From: Chitinophagales bacterium
Lineage (GTDB): Bacteria; Bacteroidota; Bacteroidia; Chitinophagales; JADIYW01
Length of the DNA: 64,000 nucleotides
Reading direction: 5' to 3'
NCBI GenBank assembly: GCA_044227665.1
Contig: JBGAWK010000007.1
Span: 10,965-74,964 of the forward strand
Translations under genes and position numbers: made by a program
Part shown: piece after piece, positions 20,014 through 30,856 of the stretch
Layout: the number at the start of each line of letters is the position of its first letter
Numbering within the stretch: the stretch's first letter is position 1
The notes under the pieces: model-generated
The model's input: the letters and a program-made list of their open reading frames with translations, nothing else
Told to the model about the DNA's origin: nothing
Database searches by the model: none

Positions 20014-20039
20014 GGCTGTCAGTAAAGGCAGCCTTTTTT
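20014..20039 (+). terminator. Intrinsic terminator after the small ORF
   Basis: GGCTGTC-AGTAAA-GGCAGCC-T6 (one G-U pair). Confidence 0.7.
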
Positions 20040-20086
20040 ATAGATATTAATCCTTTATTTGGTATCTTCGTGCAGAAACTACAGGT

Positions 20087-22345
20087 TTGAAATATCTAAG
20101 GTATTTTATATATTCTATGCCCTTGCAATTGCTGATGCTGCATATCAAGAAGCATCATTTGCATCTTGTTATATGGCTTATCTTGTCTGCATGGGTGTCA
20201 GGGAATTTTGCTACCCACTACGGTGCCCATCTTATGTTTATGGATCCGGAATATATGGGAGATGTGGGATTCCTGAGTTTTGCCATCATAGGCTTTGCCC
20301 TAGGAGGCTTCATTATGACATGGAATACCTGCTCATATTTTCTGAATAGTTATAGATTCAAATTCCTGGCATCACTGACTAAGCCCTTCTATAAGTATTG
20401 CCTCAATAACATTATCATGCCACTTTTATTGTTGGCATTATACATAAGAAGTGTTTTTATCTTTCAGTCGGCAAATGGATGGTCTATAGATGCCATATTC
20501 AAGAATATTGTAGGCATCCTGTCGGGATTTATGCTCATGTGTGTGCTTACTATCATCTACTTTACGCTCTTTGATACAGACGTAAACTCTTTCTTAAAGT
20601 CACTCACTAAGCGTACGCGCAGTAAGCTGGAGAAGCGAAATATCCCCCTGAGTACCATAGATATTCCTTATGCAGATGCACATCAGTGGCGGGTAGATAC
20701 CTATATTGCTTCACCTATAGCTCTACGACTAGTAAGGAATGTAGAGCATTATGACAAAATACTTATAGACAGAGTATTAGGACAGCGACACTTCAATGCC
20801 TATACCATTATTTTATTAAGTTTGGGTACTTTGTTCTTTTTTGGCTCATTGATAGAGAATCCTATTTTTAGGATTCCAGCGGGGGCTAGCTATCTTATAA
20901 TGCTTACAGTTCTTATTGCTGTAACAAGTCTCCTCACACAGTGGTTCAAAGGTTGGCGTTTTATAGCCATGGTCGCCATCATTTTTGGACTAAACTATCT
21001 GTCGCGCTATGATATGGTAGTGTACAAAAATAGGGTAGTGGGTATGGATTACGAAAAACCCAAAAAACGCTATGACAATACCACCATCTCTTCACATATT
21101 ACCAATAACGATATAAAAGAAGATGTTCAGGAGACAAAAAATATTCTAAACAGGTGGTATCGAAAAACCGTACATAAATATGGCAAGCAAAAGCCAAAAA
21201 TGGTTTTTGTATGTTCCGCAGGAGGCGGTATGAAGTCTGCATATTTCAATATGCATGTGTTACAAGAATTAGACAGAATATCAAAATCCAAATTTTTCAG
21301 ACATACATTCATGATTTCAGGTGCTTCGGGTGGTATGTATGGTGCTTGCTATTTCAGAGAGCTATTCTGGCGGCAGCATTATCAGGGAGGTATAGATTGC
21401 AATGACAATACCTATTTGGATGATGTAGGCGAAGACTTACTCAATGCCATCTCTATATCTACTTGTACCAATGATATTTTTTTTCCGTGGCAGAAATATT
21501 CTATCAATGGAATAAAAGGGGTAAAAGATAGGGGTTACTGGCTCGACAAGCAATTTAATGAAAATACACACTATCTGCTAGATAAAAAAGTTGCAGATTA
21601 TACCCTGCCAGAGAAGCGTGCGCAGATGCCTATGGTAGTATTTTCCCCTACCATTATCAATGACCAAAAGTCAATGTATGTATCGGCTCAGGGCATAAGC
21701 TACCTTACACGTCCTTTTGTATGGAACGCTAATGGCTACCTCAATTATCTCTCTCCAGATGGTATAGAGTTTATGCGGTTTTTTAGAGACTATGATGCTG
21801 AAAATCTCAGCTTTGTGACGGCATTGCGTATGAATGCTACCTATCCTTATATCTTGCCGAGTATTACCATGCCCACCTATCCAGAGATGAAAATCTCCGA
21901 TGCTGGCATCCGAGACAATTATGGTATCACCAGTGCGGTAAGATTCTGTACCGTATTCAAGGACTGGATAGATACTTATACTTCGGGCGTAATATTTGTA
22001 GTGATACGTACCGATCGCAAACTTTATCGCTTCAATGAGGCTTCGGATAAGCCTACATGGATAGATGAAATTGTACTGCCTATGGGCAACTTATTCAGCA
22101 ACTTTCTGTATGAACAGGAGTATGTCAATGATATGTATCTATCACTTTTGGATAATATCTTGGACGTAGAAGTCAATGTGCTGCCATTCGCTTATACGCC
22201 CAATTCCGGCAGCGAGGAGGCATCTATGAGTTGGCATCTCTCCTACAGAGAGAAAAAAGACCTTAGAGATGCATTCTACAACAAGGAGAATAGCTATTCT
22301 TCAGCAGTACTCATGAAATTATTGGAAATCCCTAAGGGTAAGTAA
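20087..22345 (+). CDS. Polytopic membrane protein with C-terminal patatin-like phospholipase domain
   Basis: Multiple N-terminal TMs, SAGGGMKS glycine loop, SGASGG nucleophile elbow and ISDAGIRDNYG (DGG-like) motif. Confidence 0.75.
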   Translation: MKYLRYFIYSMPLQLLMLHIKKHHLHLVIWLILSAWVSGNFATHYGAHLMFMDPEYMGDVGFLSFAIIGFALGGFIMTWNTCSYFLNSYRFKFLASLTKPFYKYCLNNIIMPLLLLALYIRSVFIFQSANGWSIDAIFKNIVGILSGFMLMCVLTIIYFTLFDTDVNSFLKSLTKRTRSKLEKRNIPLSTIDIPYADAHQWRVDTYIASPIALRLVRNVEHYDKILIDRVLGQRHFNAYTIILLSLGTLFFFGSLIENPIFRIPAGASYLIMLTVLIAVTSLLTQWFKGWRFIAMVAIIFGLNYLSRYDMVVYKNRVVGMDYEKPKKRYDNTTISSHITNNDIKEDVQETKNILNRWYRKTVHKYGKQKPKMVFVCSAGGGMKSAYFNMHVLQELDRISKSKFFRHTFMISGASGGMYGACYFRELFWRQHYQGGIDCNDNTYLDDVGEDLLNAISISTCTNDIFFPWQKYSINGIKGVKDRGYWLDKQFNENTHYLLDKKVADYTLPEKRAQMPMVVFSPTIINDQKSMYVSAQGISYLTRPFVWNANGYLNYLSPDGIEFMRFFRDYDAENLSFVTALRMNATYPYILPSITMPTYPEMKISDAGIRDNYGITSAVRFCTVFKDWIDTYTSGVIFVVIRTDRKLYRFNEASDKPTWIDEIVLPMGNLFSNFLYEQEYVNDMYLSLLDNILDVEVNVLPFAYTPNSGSEEASMSWHLSYREKKDLRDAFYNKENSYSSAVLMKLLEIPKGK

Positions 22346-23627
22346 TGCCACGTTCTCCACATGATATGTGTGAGGAAACATATCTACAGGCTGGATTTTT
22401 TCCAAGATATATTTTTCCTCCAACAATGTAATATCTCTAGCTTGTGTAGAAGGATTGCAGCTTACATATATTATTTTTTTAGGAGAAATTTCCAGCAATG
22501 TTTTTACGACATCAGGATGCATTCCAGTGAATACTATTGAGTTCCGCATTTCTCTTTGCATCTACAATAGCATCGGGATTTAGTTCTATGCCTACCATCT
22601 TTTGGCATAAATCAGACAGATATATTGCAATACTGCCCGTGCCCGTATAGAGGTCATAGATAGTTGCTGCTTCATTATAAGGTACGAATGAACGCACAAT
22701 ATCATATAGCACCTTTGCCTGTAGGGGATTGGTCTGAAAAAAAGATTTTATATGTACATAAAAACGATTTGCTCCTAATCTCTCTATAAGTTCCGTATTG
22801 CCCTTAAAAGTTTTTATTTCTAGGTCGTAAATAGTGTCGTTCAATTTTTTGTTTATGGCAAATAGAAAATTATCTACCTGAGGCAAGGCTGCTACAATAT
22901 CATTCATGAGGGATTCTATAATATCATTATCATCCTCCCCAAATACAAGCAAGACCATCCATTGTCCATCGGTAGTATTACGCAGGATAATATTGCGAAT
23001 CATACCCTGATGATTGTGGACATTATAGCATGAAATATCTTTTTGAAGCAAAATAGTAAAGATGGTGTTTCTTATGGTATTATGATAATCATCCATGAGT
23101 ACACATTCCTCTATATGCGTGACAGCTTCAAATTTTCCGGGTACATGAAAGCCGATGCCACGCTTTTCAAAGTCTTCACCGCTGTCAATCTGTTCTTTTG
23201 TAAGCCATCGGCGGTTAGTAGCACCATAGTCCATCTTATTTCTATAGAAGAAAGGTTCCCCACATCCGATGATAGGCAGTATTTCGGGGCTATGCTTCTT
23301 TAGTACATAAAAGAATGCTTCCTTTACGATATTTTCTTTGTACGATAGCTGTTGCTCATAGCCAATATTTTGCCATTTACAACCTCCACATACACCAAAA
23401 TGCCTGCATCTTGGTGTGATGCGCAAAGGAGAAGCCTGTGTAAGATTTACTATATTCCCAATGGCATAATCCTTCTTATTCTTTTGAATATAAATATCTG
23501 CTACATCACCAGGGATAGCAAAGTCTATAAACACTATTTTGCCTTCGTGTTTTCCTATGCCTTTGCCTTCTACGGCAATTTTTTCTACGCTTATGTCTCT
23601 AAAAATTTGTGGATATTTTTTCCCCAT
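22319..23627 (-). pseudogene. rlmD: 23S rRNA m5U methyltransferase (RlmD/TrmA family) with internal deletion and frameshift
   Basis: TRAM domain, CxxxxxCGGC and YDLYTGTGSIA in frame A; GMHPDVV, YVSCNPSTQARD and VDMFPHTYHVE in frame B. The segment carrying the DPPR motif is absent at the junction near 22528. Confidence 0.75.
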
Positions 23628-23631
23628 GGGT

Positions 23632-23702
23632 CAAAAATAGAAAATGCTTAATGCTAATTAACACAAGCACTACTAATTCATGGAAATATTTCAATATTTT
23701 TG
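23632..23702. promoter_or_regulatory. Divergent -7 boxes: TATTTTTG on minus at 23632-23639 (rlmD) and on plus at 23695-23702 (PPIase)
   Basis: Exact TAnnTTTG matches on each strand of a 90-nt divergent intergenic region. Confidence 0.55.
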
Positions 23703-23717
23703 TAAAAAATAATATCC

Positions 23718-25652
23718 ATGTATAGAATTTTTACTGTATTGTTCACCTTATTGATACTTACTGTCGCTATAGCGCAAGATAAACGCATACTGATGACGGT
23801 AGCTGATGAGAAAATAGCCATAGATGAATTTGATGCTGTATATAAAAAAAACAATTTCTATGGCAAGTCTGATTACTCTCAGCAGTCATTGGAAGAGTAT
23901 CTTTCGCTATTCACTAATTATAAATTAAAAGTTCATGAAGCCTATGCTCAAGGCTTGGATACCGTTCCGGAGCTGAAGATGGAATACTTGGGTTATGAAA
24001 AGCAGTTGTTTGATTCCCATCTGGATAAGCAAGTATTGGACAAATTGATAAAGCAAGAATATCTGCGCTCCAAGAATGATGTAGCCGTCAGCCACATATA
24101 CATAAAATCCATAGATACCAATGCTGTAAGTAATATAGGAGCAGCTTACCAAGCACTGCGCAATGGTAAAAATTTTGATGATGTCGCACGTCAGTACTCT
24201 CAGGATGAATTTACCAAGAACAATGGCGGATATTTGGGGTATTTTAATGTTTTACAGATAGGTTTCCCAGAGTTGGAAGATGCTGCATATAATCTAAAAA
24301 AAGGAGAGTATTCATCGCCAGTAAAAACATCAATTGGCTACCATATTGTGAGAGTGAACGATATTCGCCCGGCTTATGGAAAGATGAAGGTGGCTATCAT
24401 CAAAAAAATTATCAAGCCAAACAGCACTGAGGCAGATAAGGCACTTATCAAAAAAACTATGGATTCGCTGTATGCAGAGCTGAGAAAAGGTGCAAGTTTC
24501 AATGAACTGGCTGTAACGCATAGTGAAGACTACTTCTCTAATTTCAAAGGTGGAGAGTTGGACTGGTTTGGTATCAATACTTATGCGGCAGCCTTTGAAG
24601 AAGCAGCCTTTGCCCTGAAAAATGATGGCGACTACACACTTCCTGTAATGACAAATTCTGCTTATTATATCATCAAAAGGCTAGAGAGAAAGCAAGATTC
24701 TTCCATGGAAGATATGGAAGCCTACCTCAGACAGCGATTGCTGAAAAGCCAAATGTACAATAAGGCTTTTAATATGTTTATAGATTCGCTAAAGCAAAAA
24801 TATAATTTTACGCTAAATCAAAAACTGTATGACAAAACGATGGACACCCTATTCAAAAATATAGACGTAAAAACGTATGCAGCTACAGCTCCAGAACGCA
24901 ATGCCACATTCTATAGTATGAATGGAAAAAATTATTCTATGCATACAGTATTGGAGAAATTTATTACACACCTTAATTTCAATCAAAAATTCAAAACGCC
25001 CGAAGAGCGCATACGCTATATGATGGAAAAGACTATCCAAGACGATCTTGTCATAGAATATAAGAATAGCCTATCAGCATCAAATGAAGAATATCGAAAT
25101 CTCTTGGATGAATACAAGAACGGTGTTTTAATATTCGATTTAATAAAAAGAGAAGTATGGGATAAGACCAACACAGATTCTGCGGCATTAGTAAATTATT
25201 TCCTACAAAATAAAGATAAATATAAGTGGAACAAACGAGCAGCCATACGCTTGATTACCCTTTCCAATGAGCAGCAGCTCAAAACAGCATTAAAATTATT
25301 GAAGAAAAATTCTACTGCCACCAATGAGCAGCTAACAAATATATTTACAAAAGAAAACCTACAAGATATCGCCATAGAAGATATGATAATAGAAGACAAT
25401 AAGAGCGATATCGCTAAATTTATGTCATGGAAGCCTGGCGTAAATAAGAGTGCTTTCAGCAAGGATAATGCAACGTATATCTATCAAACCAAAAATATAA
25501 TCCCTGAGCAGCATAAGTCTTTTGAAGAGACCAAAGGGTTTGTGATGGCAGGCTATCAAGAGTATTTGGAAAAGCAGTGGATAGAAAAGCTGAAGCAAAA
25601 GTATCCTGTGATAGTTAATAAAGACATATTGAACAGTTTAGTGAAGCCATAA
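23718..25652 (+). CDS. Periplasmic parvulin-type peptidyl-prolyl isomerase (two rotamase domains)
   Basis: Signal peptide; SHIYI...FDDVARQYSQD...GGYLG...GYHIVRV and FNELAVTHSED...GGELDWF. Confidence 0.9.
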   Translation: MYRIFTVLFTLLILTVAIAQDKRILMTVADEKIAIDEFDAVYKKNNFYGKSDYSQQSLEEYLSLFTNYKLKVHEAYAQGLDTVPELKMEYLGYEKQLFDSHLDKQVLDKLIKQEYLRSKNDVAVSHIYIKSIDTNAVSNIGAAYQALRNGKNFDDVARQYSQDEFTKNNGGYLGYFNVLQIGFPELEDAAYNLKKGEYSSPVKTSIGYHIVRVNDIRPAYGKMKVAIIKKIIKPNSTEADKALIKKTMDSLYAELRKGASFNELAVTHSEDYFSNFKGGELDWFGINTYAAAFEEAAFALKNDGDYTLPVMTNSAYYIIKRLERKQDSSMEDMEAYLRQRLLKSQMYNKAFNMFIDSLKQKYNFTLNQKLYDKTMDTLFKNIDVKTYAATAPERNATFYSMNGKNYSMHTVLEKFITHLNFNQKFKTPEERIRYMMEKTIQDDLVIEYKNSLSASNEEYRNLLDEYKNGVLIFDLIKREVWDKTNTDSAALVNYFLQNKDKYKWNKRAAIRLITLSNEQQLKTALKLLKKNSTATNEQLTNIFTKENLQDIAIEDMIIEDNKSDIAKFMSWKPGVNKSAFSKDNATYIYQTKNIIPEQHKSFEETKGFVMAGYQEYLEKQWIEKLKQKYPVIVNKDILNSLVKP

Positions 25653-25691
25653 ATTGAAAATAATTACTTTCGCAATTTCAAAAATATATTA

Positions 25692-27062
25692 ATGCATATC
25701 ATACGGAACACTCATCTTTTCAAAGTAAAGATATTCCTATTCTTATTTTTTCTTTTACCTGTAAAATTTGCTAGTGCACAGACAGGCGTATTGGTAGATA
25801 AGATTATAGCCATAATAGATGACAAAGTCATCCTAAAGTCAGACATTGAAAACCAAATCAATCTATTGGGCGAAGATGTGGTGGACAATGAAGAAGCACG
25901 CTGCCTTATGCTAGACCAGTTGATAGCCAACCGACTACTCACCACCCAAGCCGCTATAGATTCCACCCTCATGGTAAGTGAAGAAGAAGTAGAGGAGGAA
26001 CTAGATCGCAAAGTCAACTATTATATTTCCATGATAGGATCGAAAGAAAAATTTGAACAGTATTATGGGAAACCTTTGGATGAGATAAAATCTGACTTCA
26101 AAGACGATATTCATGATCAGATGTTGGCACAACGCATGAGAGGAAAGATTTTGGAGAACATAAAAGTTACACCTTCCGAAGTGCGGGAATATTTCAATAC
26201 CATTCCTACGGACAGCCTTCCCTATTTTAACACAGAATTTGAAGTTACTCAGTTGGTACTAAAGTCTAAGGTTGCTCCAGAGCAAAAAAAGGCTGCTTTC
26301 GACAAAATAAGCGAGATAAAAAAGCGCCTCGAAGAAGGCGAAGATTTTGAGCTTTTGGCAACGCTATACTCCGACGATCCCGGCTCTGCAAAAGAAGGAG
26401 GTGACTTGGGCTGGGCTACACGAGGGACTTTTGTGCCAGAATTTGAAGATGCGGCATTTACTATGGATAATGGCAAAATATCGGGTATCATAGAGACGAC
26501 ATTCGGATACCATATCCTTCAACTCATAGAGCGCAAAGGCGAACAAGTTCATGTGCGTCATATACTCATCGCACCACAAAGCACTACCGCTGATATGTTG
26601 CGTGCCAAGAATAAATTGGACAGCATACGGACAGAAATCCTCAATAAAACTATAACCTTTACATCTGCCGTCTCCAAATTTAGCGATGACGACGAGGCTG
26701 ATAACACGGGAGGGAGACTTATGGACTACGAGACGGGTTCTACCTTACTAGAACCTGAGCAAATAGAGCCGGATTTATATAGAGTGATAGACACCATGTC
26801 GGTGGGAAACATCTCTCAGCCCATGTTGTTCACCATGTCAGATGGCTCTCAAGCGCTGCGCATCGTATTGTTGGAGTCGCGTAGTGCACCACATATTGCT
26901 AGCCTTTCTACAGATTTTGGGCGTATATCTACAGTAGCAGAAGAATTGAAAAGACAGAAAACTATAGATAACTGGATGAAGAAAAAATCTTTGAAATCAT
27001 ATATTTTGATAGATGATTCTTACAGAAATTGCGACATCCTAAAAAAGTGGATACATCAATAA
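25692..27062 (+). CDS. surA: SurA-family chaperone/PPIase
   Basis: VDKIIAIIDDKVILKSDI, YSDDPGSAKEGGDLG and FGYHILQL motifs. Confidence 0.85.
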   Translation: MHIIRNTHLFKVKIFLFLFFLLPVKFASAQTGVLVDKIIAIIDDKVILKSDIENQINLLGEDVVDNEEARCLMLDQLIANRLLTTQAAIDSTLMVSEEEVEEELDRKVNYYISMIGSKEKFEQYYGKPLDEIKSDFKDDIHDQMLAQRMRGKILENIKVTPSEVREYFNTIPTDSLPYFNTEFEVTQLVLKSKVAPEQKKAAFDKISEIKKRLEEGEDFELLATLYSDDPGSAKEGGDLGWATRGTFVPEFEDAAFTMDNGKISGIIETTFGYHILQLIERKGEQVHVRHILIAPQSTTADMLRAKNKLDSIRTEILNKTITFTSAVSKFSDDDEADNTGGRLMDYETGSTLLEPEQIEPDLYRVIDTMSVGNISQPMLFTMSDGSQALRIVLLESRSAPHIASLSTDFGRISTVAEELKRQKTIDNWMKKKSLKSYILIDDSYRNCDILKKWIHQ

Positions 27063-27069
27063 ATATATT

Positions 27070-28035
27070 ATGAGCAAATTTTCTACGGATATCGAAGGCA
27101 TACAGTCACTACATCATGATTATTTACGGCTAAAAAAAGAAATTGGCAAGCGTATCATAGGGCAAGAAGATACCGTAAAACTGGTATTGCTGTCCCTATT
27201 TTCTGATACACACAGTTTATTGGTAGGTGTACCGGGGCTGGCAAAGACAATGCTCATAAAGACTGTAGCCGATGTATTGGATCTCAAATTTAAGCGCATA
27301 CAGTTCGTGCCAGACCTTATGCCTTCTGATATTGTGGGTACGGAGATTTTGGATGAGAACAAACATTTTAAGTTCAACAAGGGACCCATCTTCGCCAATA
27401 TCATTTTGGCAGATGAAATCAATAGGACACCACCCAAAACACAGGCAGCCCTTTTGGAGGCTATGCAAGAGAAGGTGGTGACTGCCGCCGGACATGGCTA
27501 TATTTTGGAGCCTCCCTTCTTTGTGTTGGCTACCCAGAATCCCATAGAACAGGAAGGAACCTATCCCTTGCCAGAAGCTCAGTTAGATAGGTTTATGTTT
27601 AATATTTCGTTAGGCTACCCTTCCTATGAGGAGGAACTTGCCATAGTGAAGCAGACGACTTCCAATAATGAAATTCCGCTTTCTAAGGTCATGTCGCGAC
27701 AAGACATCCTCGATTACCAACAACTCATTAAGCGCATTCCTGTCAATGAAAACCTTATTCACTACGCCGTAAATTTGGTGAGTACCACAAGGCCGCAGAC
27801 GAGCAAAGCTGCAAAGATTGTAAATGAATATATAGCCTGGGGCGCCGGACCTCGTGCCTCACAAGCACTCATTATGGCTGCAAAATCTCATGCTGCCGTT
27901 CACGGCAAATACTCTCCCGATATCGAAGATATACAGGCAGTAACTCTACCTATACTTATCCATCGCGTCATCCGCAACTTCAAAGCCGAAGCCGAAGGCG
28001 TAAGCTTAGAACAGATTCTAAAGGAGATTATGTGA
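27070..28035 (+). CDS. MoxR-family AAA+ ATPase
   Basis: GVPGLAKT, RIQFVPDLMPSDI, LADEINRTPPKTQAALLEAMQE and ATQNPIEQEGTYPLPEAQLDRF motifs. Confidence 0.95.
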   Translation: MSKFSTDIEGIQSLHHDYLRLKKEIGKRIIGQEDTVKLVLLSLFSDTHSLLVGVPGLAKTMLIKTVADVLDLKFKRIQFVPDLMPSDIVGTEILDENKHFKFNKGPIFANIILADEINRTPPKTQAALLEAMQEKVVTAAGHGYILEPPFFVLATQNPIEQEGTYPLPEAQLDRFMFNISLGYPSYEEELAIVKQTTSNNEIPLSKVMSRQDILDYQQLIKRIPVNENLIHYAVNLVSTTRPQTSKAAKIVNEYIAWGAGPRASQALIMAAKSHAAVHGKYSPDIEDIQAVTLPILIHRVIRNFKAEAEGVSLEQILKEIM

Positions 28036-28297
28036 GAACTTTTGTAAGGAAGGTTATTTGTTATTTTTCTTAAGCTATAACAATGGGGGAAAGTTTCTTC
28101 ATATTAAGGAATTTATGCAAAATCTTAATCTTGCGATGAATAATGAAAATATGCACTGAATTCTTTTGGTTTTGCTATAGAAATCAAAGGCGTGGGAATC
28201 AAAAAATAAAAATTAGACAGCCTCTACGCTAAAATTAATTTGATAATGAAATAAAAAAGCAGCCCTGAAGCAGCCTTTATCATAAGAAGAGAAATAC

Positions 28298-29299
28298 CTA
28301 TGCCTCTGTGGATAGACTTGCACGGATTTTTGCTTCCAGTTCATCCATAAGACCTGTATTATCTAGTAAAAACTGTTTCACCGCATCACGACCTTGTCCT
28401 ATTTTGGCACCTTCATAACTAAACCACGAGCCACTCTTTTGGACGATATTGAGATCTGTAGCCATATCTACTACCTCACCCTCTTTGGAAATACCATGTC
28501 CATACATGATGTCAAATTCTGTAGTCTTAAATGGCGGTGCTAATTTGTTCTTCACAATTTTTACCTTAGTTTGGTTGCCTATGACATTGTTTTCTTTGTC
28601 TTTAATTTGTCCTGAACGACGAATGTCAACACGGACAGAGGCATAAAATTTGAGGGCGTTTCCACCTGTAGTAGTTTCGGGATTGCCAAACATCACACCT
28701 ATCTTATCCCTAAGTTGGTTGATAAATATGCAGCAACATCCTGTCTTATTGATAGCTCCTGTAAGCTTACGCATAGCCTGAGACATAAGTCGGGCTTGTA
28801 ATCCCATCTTGGAGTCTCCCATTTCACCTTCTATCTCGCTACGAGGTACAAGTGCTGCTACAGAGTCTATAACGATAATATCTATAGCCGCAGAACGTAT
28901 GAGTTGCTCTGCAATATCTAGTGCTTGCTCACCATCATCAGGTTGGGCAATAAGAAGATTATCCACATCTACGCCCAAGGCTTTGGCATAGGTCTTATCA
29001 AAGGCGTGTTCTGCATCTATGAAGGCTGCTATGCCCCCTTTGCGCTGAGCTTCGGCTATTGCATGTATAGCCAATGTCGTTTTTCCTGATGACTCCGGAC
29101 CAAAAATTTCTATAATCCTGCCTCTGGGAAAGCCTCCTATCCCTAAGGCTATATCTAATCCTACAGAGCCTGTAGATATGGCATCAGATTCTACAACTTT
29201 GCTATCACCTAACTTCATTACAGCACCTTTTCCATATTGTTTATCTATCTTATCTAGGGTGAGCTGTAATGCCTTTAGCCTTTCGTCTTTATTGTTCAT
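28298..29299 (-). CDS. recA: Recombinase RecA
   Basis: [24 protein letters not shown] and [12 protein letters not shown] motifs. Confidence 0.98.
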   Translation of the reverse strand: MNNKDERLKALQLTLDKIDKQYGKGAVMKLGDSKVVESDAISTGSVGLDIALGIGGFPRGRIIEIFGPESSGKTTLAIHAIAEAQRKGGIAAFIDAEHAFDKTYAKALGVDVDNLLIAQPDDGEQALDIAEQLIRSAAIDIIVIDSVAALVPRSEIEGEMGDSKMGLQARLMSQAMRKLTGAINKTGCCCIFINQLRDKIGVMFGNPETTTGGNALKFYASVRVDIRRSGQIKDKENNVIGNQTKVKIVKNKLAPPFKTTEFDIMYGHGISKEGEVVDMATDLNIVQKSGSWFSYEGAKIGQGRDAVKQFLLDNTGLMDELEAKIRASLSTEA

Positions 29300-29401
29300 A
29301 TAGTATATTTAGTTCTAAAAATATTTTTTAATTTAGAAGATCAACCAAAATTATAACTTTCCAGTCTATAATAGTGAATAATATTCATAACTTTGCAATA
29401 G

Positions 29402-30856
29402 TTGTGGATATTATTTGTAGAAGCCACTAAATGTAAAATTTTGAGACATAGAATTACAAATCTATATGTGTTTATGCACGCACTAGGAGATATGGTAATC
29501 TTAACCATAGCTTATATTGCGGCACACTTTTATGCTTTCTATGGCTTTGATCACCTCTTGGATAATAAGTATATCCAGCTTTGGTTTTACCTGAACGTTA
29601 TATATATATTTGCAGCACAACTGAGCGGCACCTTTGATATGTACCGCAATACCCGTTTTACGGAACTGTTGGTCATGCTGGTGAAGTTGTTTTTCTTTCA
29701 GATAGTACTATCCTTCTCCTATATTGTAATATTCAAAGACCTTAACCAAACTTTTAAAATCTCGCGTGAAGTACTCATGGTTACGTACATGATTTCTATG
29801 GCGCTGACTACACTATGGCGATTTGGATTTATAAAAGTGGTAAGATTCTATAGATCCCGAGGCTTTAATTCCAGAACATCTATAATTATTGGTGCGGGTA
29901 AGACGGGGCAGGAGTTTAAGAAAATGCTGGATTATAAGATAGAATATGGGTATAGATTTATTGGTTTCTTTGATGATGAGCCTGAAAGATTTCCAGAGGT
30001 AAAACATCTGATACTGGGTAATGTTGAAGACAGTAAAAAGTATTCAGCAGATAATGATATAGATGAGATATTTTGTGCGTTGCCTTATAAACAGGAAGAT
30101 AAGATAAAATCCCTCATAAATTTTGCCGATGATGCTTGTGTTCGTATAAAAATAGTACCTGACCTTAGTCGCCTGCTTACGAATCAACTCAATAAAGTAG
30201 CCATAGATTACTATGGCATTTTTCCAGTATTGACATTACGTAGCGAACCTTTGGAAAATATTGTGAATAGAATCGTAAAGCGTGTATTCGATTACGGCTT
30301 CACTATACTGCTGTTTGTAACTATTTTATGGTGGCTGCTTCCATTAGTTGCATTCTTGGTGAAATTGACATCCAAAGGGCCTATATTCTTTAGGCAGCAG
30401 CGTACTGGGTTTATGAATACACCATTTACGGTGTATAAATTCCGTACTATGTATGTAAATATGGATAGTGATGTGCGCCAAGCATCTGCCAATGACGACA
30501 GAATCACACCTTTAGGGAAGTTTTTGCGTAAGACAAGTATGGATGAATTACCTCAGTTTATCAATGTACTTTTGGGACACATGTCAGTAATAGGCCCTCG
30601 TCCTCACATGTTGCGACATACAGAAGAATATTCTAAAGTCATAGATAAATTTATGGTGCGTCACTTTGTAAAGCCCGGCATTACAGGGTGGGCTCAGGTG
30701 AATGGCTTCAGAGGTGAGACTAAGGATCCAAAATTGATGGAAATGCGTATTCATGCTGATATTTGGTATGTAGAAAATTGGAGTTTTCTTTTAGATTTAC
30801 GTATTATTGTGCTTACTATTGTAAACATGATTCGTGGAGAAGAAAGAGCGTATTAG
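29402..30856 (+). CDS. Undecaprenyl-phosphate glucose phosphotransferase (WcaJ family); start may be TTG 29441
   Basis: N-terminal TMs, IIGAG Rossmann-like domain, YKFRTM, LRKTSMDELPQF, GPRPH and VKPGITGWAQVNG. TAACTTTG box at 29388-29395. Confidence 0.92.
   Translation: MWILFVEATKCKILRHRITNLYVFMHALGDMVILTIAYIAAHFYAFYGFDHLLDNKYIQLWFYLNVIYIFAAQLSGTFDMYRNTRFTELLVMLVKLFFFQIVLSFSYIVIFKDLNQTFKISREVLMVTYMISMALTTLWRFGFIKVVRFYRSRGFNSRTSIIIGAGKTGQEFKKMLDYKIEYGYRFIGFFDDEPERFPEVKHLILGNVEDSKKYSADNDIDEIFCALPYKQEDKIKSLINFADDACVRIKIVPDLSRLLTNQLNKVAIDYYGIFPVLTLRSEPLENIVNRIVKRVFDYGFTILLFVTILWWLLPLVAFLVKLTSKGPIFFRQQRTGFMNTPFTVYKFRTMYVNMDSDVRQASANDDRITPLGKFLRKTSMDELPQFINVLLGHMSVIGPRPHMLRHTEEYSKVIDKFMVRHFVKPGITGWAQVNGFRGETKDPKLMEMRIHADIWYVENWSFLLDLRIIVLTIVNMIRGEERAY

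Noticed and set aside
22319..22561. Independent 80-aa gene, or programmed frameshift in rlmD
   Set aside because: It is the rlmD C-terminus; there is no slippery sequence and the DPPR segment is missing altogether.
28036..28297. Small ORF or terminator between moxR and recA
   Set aside because: The candidate hairpin pairs poorly, and the short ORFs lack recognisable features.
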